Shown piece by piece: positions 7,850 to 16,344 of a stretch of 48,520 nt of DNA. Position numbers and translations under genes: made by a program. The DNA is taken from NCBI GenBank assembly GCA_964549355.1, contig CAZJUS010000002.1:1-48520 (forward strand), written 5' to 3'. Within the stretch, counting starts at the first letter, position 1. Each line of letters begins with the position of its first letter. Below the pieces are notes generated by a model. It saw only the letters and a list, made by a program, of their open reading frames with translations. It was not told where the DNA came from and did not search any database. The stretch is from Candidatus Undinarchaeota archaeon. GTDB taxonomy: Archaea; SpSt-1190.

Positions 7850-7910
7850 GGGCTCCAGCGATGTTCCGGCTTGCCAGGTTTTCCGCAGAGCCCACCACTA
7901 TTTTCCTCAT
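7850..7910 (-). pseudogene. Orphaned 5' end of dtdA (codons 1 to about 20)
   Basis: The minus strand reads ATG AGG AAA ATA GTG GTG GGC..., giving MRKIVVGSAENLASRNIAGA. Positions 7850-7892 are identical to 6545-6587 inside intact dtdA. Confidence 0.75.
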
Positions 7911-7930
7911 GAAAGCTCCAGTGAAACTGA

Positions 7931-7937
7931 TTTATAG
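7931..7937 (+). promoter_or_regulatory. TATA-like box (tttatag) for rtcB
   Basis: It lies 20-23 nt upstream of the TTG/GTG start at 7954/7957. Confidence 0.3.
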
Positions 7938-7953
7938 CTTTGACATATAGTCC

Positions 7954-9357
7954 TTGGTGGAGGTTCGCAGGGTCGGCAGGGTGCAGTGGGAGATTCCGAA
8001 GGCAGGGGCGATGAGGGTTCCTGTCCGCATCTATGCAACTGAGAAGATTATGGAGATGATGCACCACGACCGCACCCTCCAGCAGATTGTGGATGTTGCG
8101 GCGCTCCCGGGCATCCACAGGCATGCGCTCCTGATGCCCGACGGCCACGAAGGCTACGGCTTCCCCATCGGCGGGGTGGCCGCTTTCCGGGAGGAGGACG
8201 GCGTTGTCAGCCCCGGAGGAATCGGCTACGACATCAACTGCGGGATGAGGCTCCTGGTCTCTGAGCTTTCAATTGAAGATGTGGAAGGCAAAATTCCCAG
8301 CCTTCTTGAGGAGATTTTCAGAAAGGTTCCGAGCGGGCTCGGCGAAGGCTCCGGCCAGACAATGGACAGGTCCGACTTTCTGGAGCTGGTGTCTGAAGGG
8401 GCCAGGTGGGCCCTGAAGCAGGGGCTTGCGGTTCCGGACGACCTCCGGCATATGGAGGAAGGGGGCAGTATGCCTGCGGACCCGTCGCATCTCAGCCAGA
8501 AGGCAGTCGCCCGCGGGCTGAAGCAGGTGGGCACCCTCGGGGCCGGCAACCATTTCATGGAAATCCAGAGGGTCGAGCGGGTGTTCGGGGACGGTGCTGT
8601 CGCTGAGAAATTCGGCCTCCGCCCGGACCAGATAGTGGTCATGATACACACAGGCTCCCGCGGATTCGGGCACCAGGTCGCCGATGATTACATAAAACTT
8701 ATGCTCGGCGCTGCGGGCAGGTACGGGGTGGAGCTCCCCAATAAACAGCTGGCGGCTGCACCGCTCAACACTCCCGAAGCCGACAAATATCTGGAGTCGA
8801 TGAAGTGTGCTGTGAATTACGCCTTTGTGAACCGGCAGAAAATTGCATTCACTGTCCGGGAGATATTCGACAGTATGCTTGGGGCCAAACTCAAACTGCT
8901 TTATGATGTGGCCCACAATATAGGCAAGTATGAGATTCACAATGGGGAGAAAGTTTTCATCCACCGGAAAGGGGCCACCCGGGCTTTCGGCCCGGGGCGC
9001 GGGGACATCCCCGGCGATTTCCGCTTGGTCGGCCAGCCTGTCATAATCCCGGGTTCAATGGGGACTGCCAGCTATGTCATGGTTGGGCTGGGCAATCCGG
9101 GGAGCTTCGAAAGCAGCTGCCACGGGGCGGGCAGGGTGATGAGCAGGGGCGAAGCCATGCGCCGTCTCGGCAGGGTCTCCATAAAGGGCCAGCTCGAGGT
9201 CAAGGGCATAAGGGTGCGCACGGCCAACCTGCGCAATCTGGCCCAGGAGGCCCCGCAGGCCTACAAGGACATTGATGAGGTTGTGAGGACTGTCCACGAG
9301 TCCGGGATTTCGTCCCCCGTGGCCCGCATGGTGCCCCTCGGGGTCGTCAAGGGCTAA
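7954..9357 (+). CDS. rtcB: RNA-splicing ligase RtcB (3'-phosphate/5'-hydroxyl ligase)
   Basis: Contains GIGYDINCG, GSRGFGHQV, HRKGAT, PGSMGTASY and CHGAGR motifs. The start is either TTG 7954 or GTG 7957. Confidence 0.95.
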   Translation: MVEVRRVGRVQWEIPKAGAMRVPVRIYATEKIMEMMHHDRTLQQIVDVAALPGIHRHALLMPDGHEGYGFPIGGVAAFREEDGVVSPGGIGYDINCGMRLLVSELSIEDVEGKIPSLLEEIFRKVPSGLGEGSGQTMDRSDFLELVSEGARWALKQGLAVPDDLRHMEEGGSMPADPSHLSQKAVARGLKQVGTLGAGNHFMEIQRVERVFGDGAVAEKFGLRPDQIVVMIHTGSRGFGHQVADDYIKLMLGAAGRYGVELPNKQLAAAPLNTPEADKYLESMKCAVNYAFVNRQKIAFTVREIFDSMLGAKLKLLYDVAHNIGKYEIHNGEKVFIHRKGATRAFGPGRGDIPGDFRLVGQPVIIPGSMGTASYVMVGLGNPGSFESSCHGAGRVMSRGEAMRRLGRVSIKGQLEVKGIRVRTANLRNLAQEAPQAYKDIDEVVRTVHESGISSPVARMVPLGVVKG

Positions 9358-9387
9358 ACTCTTTAAGGCCGAAATGCGGGAGAATAT

Positions 9388-9528
9388 ATGAACTACAGCA
9401 CCAGTGTGAGCTTCAAGAACACTTCCGGCCCATTCTCAGCTTTCCTGGTCATGTGCGCCGGATACTTTTTCTTCAGTCTTTTTCTGGTGCTCTCCGTCTG
9501 CGCCCTCTTCGGCCTGATAGACTTTTAA
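9388..9528 (+). CDS. Possible small membrane protein (46 aa, not in the ORF track)
   Basis: My translation is MNYSTSVSFKNTSGPFSAFLVMCAGYFFFSLFLVLSVCALFGLIDF. It has one hydrophobic helix and fills an otherwise empty 190-nt gap. Confidence 0.3.
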   Translation: MNYSTSVSFKNTSGPFSAFLVMCAGYFFFSLFLVLSVCALFGLIDF

Positions 9529-9549
9529 TGCGGTAGTTTTAGGTTTGGG

Positions 9550-10236
9550 GTGGCCATCCTTTCAATCAAAAAAGTCTGGAAAGAATACAAATTTGTGAAT
9601 GCGTTGCGCGGTGTGGATTTGGACATCAATGAAGGCGAGTTTTTGTTCATAATCGGTCCGAGCGGTTCCGGCAAAAGCACACTTCTTCATATTGCAGGCC
9701 TGCTCGATGCCCCTACAAGGGGGCATGTTGAAATCAACGGAAAACTGGTCCCCCGCGATGAGGACCTCAGGGCGAAGCTCCGGCTGAAATTCATGGGTTT
9801 TGTCTTCCAGGATTTCGGGCTTATGTCGTCCCTCAATGCTTTTGAAAACATAGTCCTGCCCTCCGCCTTCTCCGGGAAGCCCCGGCGGGAAAGGGCCCGC
9901 AGGATTGCAGAGGAGCTCGGCATCGGGAACAGGCTCACCCACTATATCGGCCAGCTCAGCGGGGGCGAGAAGCAGAGGGTTGCCATTGCGCGCGCCCTCA
10001 TCAATGACCCGAAGCTGATTATGGCTGACGAACCGACAGGCAATCTGGACAGCAGGACGGGCCTGAAAGTCATGGAGATTCTCCGTGGCCTTGCAAAGCA
10101 AGGCAAGACTGTGGTGGTGGTCTCCCACAACCCGGAGCACATCAAATTTGCCGACAGGGTTGTCCATTTGAGAGACGGAAAAATTGAAAAAATTCAGAAA
10201 GTGAGGATTGCAAAACCAAAAAATAGTATTAAATAG
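9550..10236 (+). CDS. ABC transporter ATP-binding protein (MacB/LolD-like)
   Basis: Walker A GPSGSGKST, signature LSGGEKQRVAIARAL and Walker B LIMADEPTGNLD. Confidence 0.93.
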   Translation: MAILSIKKVWKEYKFVNALRGVDLDINEGEFLFIIGPSGSGKSTLLHIAGLLDAPTRGHVEINGKLVPRDEDLRAKLRLKFMGFVFQDFGLMSSLNAFENIVLPSAFSGKPRRERARRIAEELGIGNRLTHYIGQLSGGEKQRVAIARALINDPKLIMADEPTGNLDSRTGLKVMEILRGLAKQGKTVVVVSHNPEHIKFADRVVHLRDGKIEKIQKVRIAKPKNSIK

Positions 10237-10249
10237 GGAGGCGGGAGAA

Positions 10250-11533
10250 ATGAATATGAGAAAAGAAATCGCATTGTTGTTCATGATGATGGTTGCAGGT
10301 TTCTCTGCAACCCTGGATTACAGTTCAATTGCCACTTCGCCGAGCACCCTTGATGAGCAAGGCTACGTTTATCTGACTTTCTGCTCCGACAAGGTTGATT
10401 TTGTGAAGTTCAAATTTTCCGCCACTGATTTTGAGGTCCTGCCGGCCTCAATTGATGTGGCTTTTTCGGGGACGACTGCTTCACCGGACTGTGAACAGCT
10501 GGTGGTGTTTGTAAAGTCCAGCCGGCCCGGCCAGTTTCTGCTGAAAGTCACAGGAGACTCCGACGAGTGGCAGGTGCCTGTGGTTTTTGAGAAGAAGCTC
10601 CCGTTTTCCGTTTCAGTCAAGGATTCAGTGGTCCACACCGGCTACACCAGCACCTACCTCACAGTGTCCGGGGAAGGCAGGGACGTCTGGATGGACATAG
10701 ACGGCAATGTCGTCGGCCTTGATTCAATCTACCGCAGCACCCTGCCCGCAAATTTTCCGGTCACTTTTTATTTTGAGCGGGCGGGCTTCTATCAACTGCC
10801 CGTTACATTCACTTATCTTTACGGCAACTCGACTATGACCCGGACTTTCAACCTGGGCCTGCGGGTGGAGGAGGCGCCGGTCAAGATTGGCGACGGCATA
10901 GAAGTTCCGTCAGGAGGGCGGGCCAACCTTTCAATATACATTGAATCCCCTGAGACCCTTTACAGCCCCGCCATTTCTTTATCCTCCCCCTGCCTTGAGG
11001 GCGAGCTCCAGAAGTATCCCGAAGTTTTCACAAAAGGGACAGTCAGCTTCAACGTAAAGTCGACATGCGACCCGGGCATATACCCCCTTACTGTTTCAGT
11101 CGGCGACTTTGTCCGGAATGTTTCAATGGAGGTTACAGGCCCTGAGGGGTATGAACTTTTCTTCAACCCGGATATAGTCAAAGGTGAATCAAGCCTGGAG
11201 GTGGTTATTGCCAACAAGGGAAGCAACGACATGAAGGCTGTTTCAGTCAGGCTGCTGGACGGGGAGTATACCAAAGTGAAGGAAGGCAGTTTTCTGGGCG
11301 ACCTTGAAAGCGGGGATTATGATTCAACCACTTTGAGATTCATCCCGAAAAGAAACCCGGTGGCTGTCAATTTTGTGATATCCTACAATCAAGAAGGACA
11401 GAGGCACAATATAACCCGGAGTCTGACCTTCAGCAGAGTCAAGGCGGGCGTCAGTCCATACCTCATTGTGTTGCTTATAGGAGTTGCTTTCTTTGGGTAT
11501 CATAAATTTAGAAATAGGCGCGCTGGTAATTAA
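10250..11533 (+). CDS. Secreted/anchored beta-rich protein encoded between the ABC ATPase and the permease
   Basis: N-terminal hydrophobic signal (IALLFMMMVAGFSA) and a C-terminal TM anchor with a basic tail (LIVLLIGVAFFGYHKFRNRRAGN). A ggagg lies upstream of the ATG at 10250. Confidence 0.7.
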   Translation: MNMRKEIALLFMMMVAGFSATLDYSSIATSPSTLDEQGYVYLTFCSDKVDFVKFKFSATDFEVLPASIDVAFSGTTASPDCEQLVVFVKSSRPGQFLLKVTGDSDEWQVPVVFEKKLPFSVSVKDSVVHTGYTSTYLTVSGEGRDVWMDIDGNVVGLDSIYRSTLPANFPVTFYFERAGFYQLPVTFTYLYGNSTMTRTFNLGLRVEEAPVKIGDGIEVPSGGRANLSIYIESPETLYSPAISLSSPCLEGELQKYPEVFTKGTVSFNVKSTCDPGIYPLTVSVGDFVRNVSMEVTGPEGYELFFNPDIVKGESSLEVVIANKGSNDMKAVSVRLLDGEYTKVKEGSFLGDLESGDYDSTTLRFIPKRNPVAVNFVISYNQEGQRHNITRSLTFSRVKAGVSPYLIVLLIGVAFFGYHKFRNRRAGN

Positions 11534-12668
11534 ATCCCTGCTCCACCGCAAAATCAGGACCTTCCTGACGACGCTGGGAATTGTCATAGGCGTCGCCCTC
11601 GTTTTCAGCTTGATAAGCTTGAATGCAGGAATGAAGGAGAGCCTTGTCGAGCAGATTAATATGATAGGGGCTGACATGATAACCATCACCACCAAGCTGG
11701 TTCCCGGCATGGGGTTTGCCGGCGGAAAATTCACTTCAGACGACCTCGAAGCAGTCGAGCGCGTATCCGTTGTTGATTCCGTCATAGGCATGTATTACAC
11801 AGGTGCGGAGATAAAGGTCAGAGACGAAACCATATTCAAGTCGGTCATTGGCATTGAATCCGGCAAAATAAGCCAGCTCATGGAGATGTACTCGGGCTAT
11901 GGTGTGAAAGAGGGGCGGTTCATCAACGACAATGAAAGGGGCAAGGCAGTCATAGGGCCGTTGTTTGCAGAAGACCACAATATCGGAGTGGGCAATCGGA
12001 TTATTATTGACGGACGGACGTTCAGGGTGGTCGGCATAACCAAACCGGTCGGCAATGGAGATGACGACAGGAATATCATGATGAGCGCGGAGGACTTGTG
12101 GGAGCTTACAGGAACAGAAGATGAATTCACTATGATTCTGGGCAAAGTTCATGAGCTTAGGATTGACCCCATCGAGCGGGCGCTCAAAAAGCAGAGGGGC
12201 TCGGAGGACTTTGAGATTATGACCTCCGAGAATATGATGGACACCATGAACAATGTCCTGTCCGTTGTGAATGCAGTATTCCTGGCAGTGGCGTCAATCA
12301 GCATACTGGTCGGCAGCATTGGAGTGGCAAACACCATGTATGTTTCCGTCCTGGAAAGGGTCCGCGAGATTGGAGTCTTGAAGTCAATCGGAGCCACAAA
12401 ACTTCAGATTCTGCTGATGTTTGTATTTGAAGCGGGGCTGGTCGGCATGGCCGGAGGGGTTGTCGGTGTTGTGCTGGGATATCTGATTGCCTTTGGTTTT
12501 ACATATGCAGCAACCGCTTCAGGCTTCATTGGCATACACCCTGTAATAACCCCCTCTCTTTTCCTGATTTCTGCGGGCATTTCCTTTGCAGTGGGGATTG
12601 TTGCCGGATTTCTGCCGGCCCGATGGGCCGCCAATCTTGAGCCGGTTGAGGCCCTCCGCTACGAATAG
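11484..12668 (+). CDS. ABC transporter permease, MacB/FtsX family
   Basis: The topology is TM1, a large extracytoplasmic domain, then 3 C-terminal TM helices. The N-terminal KSLLHRKIRTFLTTLGIVIGV is typical of the family. The start codon is uncertain (TTG 11484). Confidence 0.88.
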   Translation: MLSLGIINLEIGALVIKSLLHRKIRTFLTTLGIVIGVALVFSLISLNAGMKESLVEQINMIGADMITITTKLVPGMGFAGGKFTSDDLEAVERVSVVDSVIGMYYTGAEIKVRDETIFKSVIGIESGKISQLMEMYSGYGVKEGRFINDNERGKAVIGPLFAEDHNIGVGNRIIIDGRTFRVVGITKPVGNGDDDRNIMMSAEDLWELTGTEDEFTMILGKVHELRIDPIERALKKQRGSEDFEIMTSENMMDTMNNVLSVVNAVFLAVASISILVGSIGVANTMYVSVLERVREIGVLKSIGATKLQILLMFVFEAGLVGMAGGVVGVVLGYLIAFGFTYAATASGFIGIHPVITPSLFLISAGISFAVGIVAGFLPARWAANLEPVEALRYE

Positions 12669-12696
12669 TATTTAACCGCCACCATGGCGGAATTTT

Positions 12697-12894
12697 ATGA
12701 AAGTCGCTGTTGAGCTTGAAGGCAAATCCAAACAGGTCGAGTTCTCCGGAAAAACCGTGAAGGATTTGATGGAGCACCTGGACCTTGTATTGGATGAATA
12801 CATCCCCATACTGAACGGTTCTGTGGTGACTGAGCTGGAGCTTCTGTCCGAAGGTGCGTCCGTGAAATTTGTCCGGGTGTGGTCCGGTGGCTGA
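12697..12894 (+). CDS. ThiS/MoaD-fold ubiquitin-like sulfur carrier (ends in -GG)
   Basis: 65 aa with the C-terminal VRVWSGG followed by a stop. A tatttaa box lies 22-28 nt upstream. It is adjacent to a tRNA thiolase gene. Confidence 0.75.
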   Translation: MKVAVELEGKSKQVEFSGKTVKDLMEHLDLVLDEYIPILNGSVVTELELLSEGASVKFVRVWSGG

Positions 12895-13801
12895 AAGGCC
12901 GGTTTATATCCATGACGGCAGGGCAATGCCCAGAAGGGAGTTTGAGGAGTGGATGCAGGGGCAGGTTTTTTCGGAGCTCGACAAATTCATAAAACCGAAT
13001 GACAAGCTTGCAGTTGCGGCTTCCGGCGGAAAGGATTCGACATTCCTCCTTGACATGGTCCACAGATGGTCGGAAAACAAAAATCTTCAGCCCATCACTG
13101 CAATTATTATCGACGAGGGCATCCGCGGGTACCGCGAATTCACACTCCAATTCCTGAAAAAATTTTGTGAATCAAAAGAAATTCCATTGCACATTGTTTC
13201 ATTCAAAGACGAAACGGGAGCAAGCCTCGATGAAATTATTCAAAAGCGGGACAGGAGGAAGCTCACTGAAACCTATGGGTCCTGCACTATGTGCGGGGCT
13301 TTCCGGCGCTATCTGCTGAACAAGACTGCGCGCGGGCTTGGAGCCACCAAACTGCTGGTCGGCCACAATCTTGACGACGAAGTGCAGACGCTTCTCATGA
13401 ATCTTTTTGTCGGCAATATCGGACAGGTGGGCAGGAAGGGGGAGCTGGCAGGCATAGTGGAAAGCCCTGATTTTGTTGTCCGCTTCAAACCTTTGATTTG
13501 GCTGCCGGAAAAGGCCATAGCCGTCTATGCTCTTCTCAATTACCCGGGGATCCCAGGCAATGAGTGCCCGTATCTCCGCGAGAGCCTCCGGCACAACATG
13601 AGGAAGATGGTCAACAATCTGGAGCTCCAGTGGCCGGGTTTCAAGCACAGGGTCATGAAAACTTATGTAAATAAAATACTCCCCAACCTGAAAAAGATGA
13701 AAAATGGAAAACTTGTTAAATGCGAAATTTGCCGGGAGCCGTCTTCACAAAAAATTTGCAAGGTTTGTGAATTGAAGCAGGAACTGGAACTCAAACTTTG
13801 A
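12869..13801 (+). CDS. TtuA/NcsA-family tRNA 2-thiolation PP-loop ATPase
   Basis: PP-loop AASGGKDS, candidate Fe-S cysteines (SCTMCGAF, ECPYL) and a C-terminal zinc ribbon CEICREPSSQKICKVCE. The start is uncertain: TTG 12869, GTG 12887 or an internal ATG. Confidence 0.85.
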   Translation: MSGCGPVAERPVYIHDGRAMPRREFEEWMQGQVFSELDKFIKPNDKLAVAASGGKDSTFLLDMVHRWSENKNLQPITAIIIDEGIRGYREFTLQFLKKFCESKEIPLHIVSFKDETGASLDEIIQKRDRRKLTETYGSCTMCGAFRRYLLNKTARGLGATKLLVGHNLDDEVQTLLMNLFVGNIGQVGRKGELAGIVESPDFVVRFKPLIWLPEKAIAVYALLNYPGIPGNECPYLRESLRHNMRKMVNNLELQWPGFKHRVMKTYVNKILPNLKKMKNGKLVKCEICREPSSQKICKVCELKQELELKL

Positions 13802-14069
13802 TTCTGTTTGTTATTTCTTTGCACAATTCACAGATTTCCTTTTGTTTTATTTTTGATTTATCTGCAATCTTACAAATTTTTTTTAGCTCACTTTTCGACA
13901 GACTGAAGTGCCCCCTCTTTCCTGATATATACTGGCTGATGGCAGCAGGAGTGGTGTCCAAAAGTTTTGCTATCTCGCCTGTTTTTTTACCCCGCGCCTT
14001 CATGGCAACAGCCAGTTCTTTCCGGATTATTGGAAGAACCTTCCGGGCCGAGACTTCACATTTGAACAT
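13791..14069 (-). CDS. Small HTH transcriptional regulator
   Basis: GEIAKLLDTTPAAISQYISGKRG is a helix-turn-helix, followed by a C-terminal CxxC. The gene is low in GC. Confidence 0.7.
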   Translation of the reverse strand: MFKCEVSARKVLPIIRKELAVAMKARGKKTGEIAKLLDTTPAAISQYISGKRGHFSLSKSELKKICKIADKSKIKQKEICELCKEITNRIKV

Positions 14070-14107
14070 GCAACTAGGGTGTCTGCAGATTTAAAGTCTT
14101 AACGACG

Positions 14108-14809
14108 TTAAATTCTTTTTGGGTCAAAGAACAGTCTGCAGAGGCAGTGGCCGTCCCTTTTGATTTCGTCCAGGTGCCACTTGCATGGGCAGATTTTGTC
14201 TTTGTCTTTTTTCAGGTCGCCGGTGACTGTCCTGCATGGGCAGAAGCGGTAGCCGTATTTTTCCTGATTGGCGGCCAGCCCGGCAATCACTTCCCCAAGC
14301 CTGGGAGGGTCCGGATTCAAGATGAAGTTTTTGGCGTCGGCGTATCTTTTTGAAGCCTCCAGTATCTGCTTGTATTTTTTGCCGGAGGCCGAAAGCGCTG
14401 AAAAAGCCTTGGAGATGCACCTGTCCTCGATGACCCGGGCTCCGTGGCTTTCCATGATTCTCCGGGCTTCCGCACTCCTCAGCCCTTCCTGCATCCAGAA
14501 AATTTTCGGCACCCTTCCGCTTTCGAGCAGTTTTTTTGCGATAGCCGGGATTTCATCCGGAGGCCTGAAGACCACTACAATTTCGAACATCTCTTTTGGA
14601 ACGTCTTCCACCGATTTGAAGGTCTTCTGCCCGAATATCTCATCAGCATTGGGATTCACACATGCCACTTGGAATCCATGGTCTTTCATATTTTTTGGAA
14701 CCGCATGTGCTTCTTTTTCGGGGTGCCTTGAGCATCCAACCACCACCATCCTGTTGAGCAGGTGCAGGAAGCCGAAATCCTCTCCGCCGGCTGAAAATCC
14801 AAATTCCAC
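14108..14809 (-). CDS. Fusion protein: CoA-binding domain + ferredoxin:thioredoxin-reductase catalytic (FTRc)-like domain
   Basis: The N-terminal part VVVGCSRHPEKEAH...VNP...VVVFRPP...WMQEG resembles CoA_binding_2. The C-terminal part has CPCR-x14-CPC-x12-CLC. GTG 14809 is preferred. An ATG at 14860 is also in frame but would overlap the prs ATG head-to-head. Confidence 0.75.
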   Translation of the reverse strand: MEFGFSAGGEDFGFLHLLNRMVVVGCSRHPEKEAHAVPKNMKDHGFQVACVNPNADEIFGQKTFKSVEDVPKEMFEIVVVFRPPDEIPAIAKKLLESGRVPKIFWMQEGLRSAEARRIMESHGARVIEDRCISKAFSALSASGKKYKQILEASKRYADAKNFILNPDPPRLGEVIAGLAANQEKYGYRFCPCRTVTGDLKKDKDKICPCKWHLDEIKRDGHCLCRLFFDPKRI

Positions 14810-14826
14810 ATCTTTTATTGACTCGT

Positions 14827-14838
14827 TATCTTTTAATA
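14827..14838. promoter_or_regulatory. Shared bidirectional AT-rich box (tatcttttaata) between divergent genes
   Basis: It is centred about 24 nt from the prs ATG (14859) and about 23 nt from the minus-strand GTG (14809). Confidence 0.35.
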
Positions 14839-14858
14839 CCTCTGCTTCACAGTCTTTC

Positions 14859-15746
14859 ATGCTTGTCGGGGACGATTTCGGGAAAAAAATTGCGGAGCGG
14901 TTGGGGATGGCTTTTGTGCCTTTTGAAGACCGGAAATTCACGGACGGGGAAATCTGCCCCCGTATTTTGTTCAAGGAGGTGCCCAAAGCAGGGGACGATA
15001 TTGTGTTGGCCATAAACAAGCATGCGGATGAGAGCATCAACGACTATACTTTGAAGGTGTATTTTATGGCAAGGACCTTGTATGACATGGGGCTCAAAAT
15101 TAAACTGGTCTTCCCTTATTTTTCATATGCAAGGCAGGACAAAGTCTTCAGGCAGGGGGAGCCGCTCAGCTCGAACTATGTTGCACAGATGTTTGACCCG
15201 ATTGTTGCTGATTTCATAACAGTCACTGCACATCTCCAGAGGCGTGCCAGCATCGCCCCCCTTTTCAAGCACGCCAGAGCCACTAATGTTTCGGGGGTTC
15301 CGGCCCTGATCCGGGGACTGCCGAAAATCGAAAATCCCTATATCCTCGGCCCCGACACAGAATCCATCCACCAGTCGAAGAAGATGGCAGAGATGATGGG
15401 GGCTTCGGACTACGGTGCATTCACAAAGGTGCGCGATGTGGATACCGGGGCAATACATGTTTCAACAGGGGACATACAACTGGAGGGCCGGAATGTGGTG
15501 ATAGTGGATGATATGGTCTCGACCGGCGGGACCGTGCTGAAGGGCATTGAATTGGCCAGAAAGCTCGGGGCAAGGCAAATCCACATTGCATTCGTCCATG
15601 CAATACTCGCCGGCAGGGCCCTGGAGAAAATAAAAAACATGAAGCCGGATTCAATAGTAGGGGCCAACACTATGGAGAGTCCGGTTTCAGTTGCAGATGT
15701 GACGCCGGAGATTGCCGGGGAGCTTAAAAAAATGGTGAGTGGATAA
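14859..15746 (+). CDS. prs: Ribose-phosphate pyrophosphokinase
   Basis: Contains KFTDGEI, PYFSYARQD and the PRPP loop VVIVDDMVSTGGT. The internal ATG was chosen because the upstream part of ORF 14268 is antisense to the FTRc gene. Confidence 0.9.
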   Translation: MLVGDDFGKKIAERLGMAFVPFEDRKFTDGEICPRILFKEVPKAGDDIVLAINKHADESINDYTLKVYFMARTLYDMGLKIKLVFPYFSYARQDKVFRQGEPLSSNYVAQMFDPIVADFITVTAHLQRRASIAPLFKHARATNVSGVPALIRGLPKIENPYILGPDTESIHQSKKMAEMMGASDYGAFTKVRDVDTGAIHVSTGDIQLEGRNVVIVDDMVSTGGTVLKGIELARKLGARQIHIAFVHAILAGRALEKIKNMKPDSIVGANTMESPVSVADVTPEIAGELKKMVSG

Positions 15747-15747
15747 T

Positions 15748-16338
15748 ATGCTGGCGGTGTTTGATTTCGACGGGACGATTTCCGATGTCTTTTCCTCTTT
15801 CCTGATATTCAGGCATCTGAATATTTTTCAGATTATGAAAATCGGCACGAGTCTGGTCTGGGAGAAACTGACCGGCCGGGGGGATTACCAGCGGAAGCTT
15901 GTCGAAATTTTGAAGGGCATGAAGCGCGAAACTTTGGTCGACATCGGGAAGCACATGCCGGAGATTGAAGCCAGCATGGAGCTTTTGAGGAAACTGCAGG
16001 AATTCGGCCATGAAGTCCTCATAATCAGCTACGGGCTGAAGCCCGTTATTGAGAGCTTCTTTGAGCACAGGGGGGTTAAAGTGGAAGTGATCGCCATTGA
16101 TTTGGAGTTTGAGGACGGGAAAGTGAAAGGGCCTGCCGACGATTCCATGACCCAGCTGCTTCTGGCGGATCCGCATTATGCCAAGCAAAGGATTGTCCGC
16201 TTGAAAAAACTCAAACCGGAGTTTTCAGTAGGCGACAGCGAGAAAAGGGACAAATTCAGCAGGCATTATCTGGCGGTCCAGACTTTCTCCGGCCCCTTCC
16301 TCCGCGTCCGCCAGCTTGCCCGCTCTATTTTCGGCTGA
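15748..16338 (+). CDS. HAD-superfamily hydrolase (phosphoserine-phosphatase-like)
   Basis: The N-terminal motif I is LAVFDFDGTISD. Confidence 0.75.
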   Translation: MLAVFDFDGTISDVFSSFLIFRHLNIFQIMKIGTSLVWEKLTGRGDYQRKLVEILKGMKRETLVDIGKHMPEIEASMELLRKLQEFGHEVLIISYGLKPVIESFFEHRGVKVEVIAIDLEFEDGKVKGPADDSMTQLLLADPHYAKQRIVRLKKLKPEFSVGDSEKRDKFSRHYLAVQTFSGPFLRVRQLARSIFG

Positions 16339-16344
16339 CGCATA

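Noticed and set aside
12669-12696. Hairpin ccgcc-accat-ggcgg after the ABC permease gene, considered as a terminator.
   Set aside because: The stem is only 5 bp and no T-tract follows. The segment also carries the tatttaa box for the downstream Ubl gene, so a promoter role explains it adequately.
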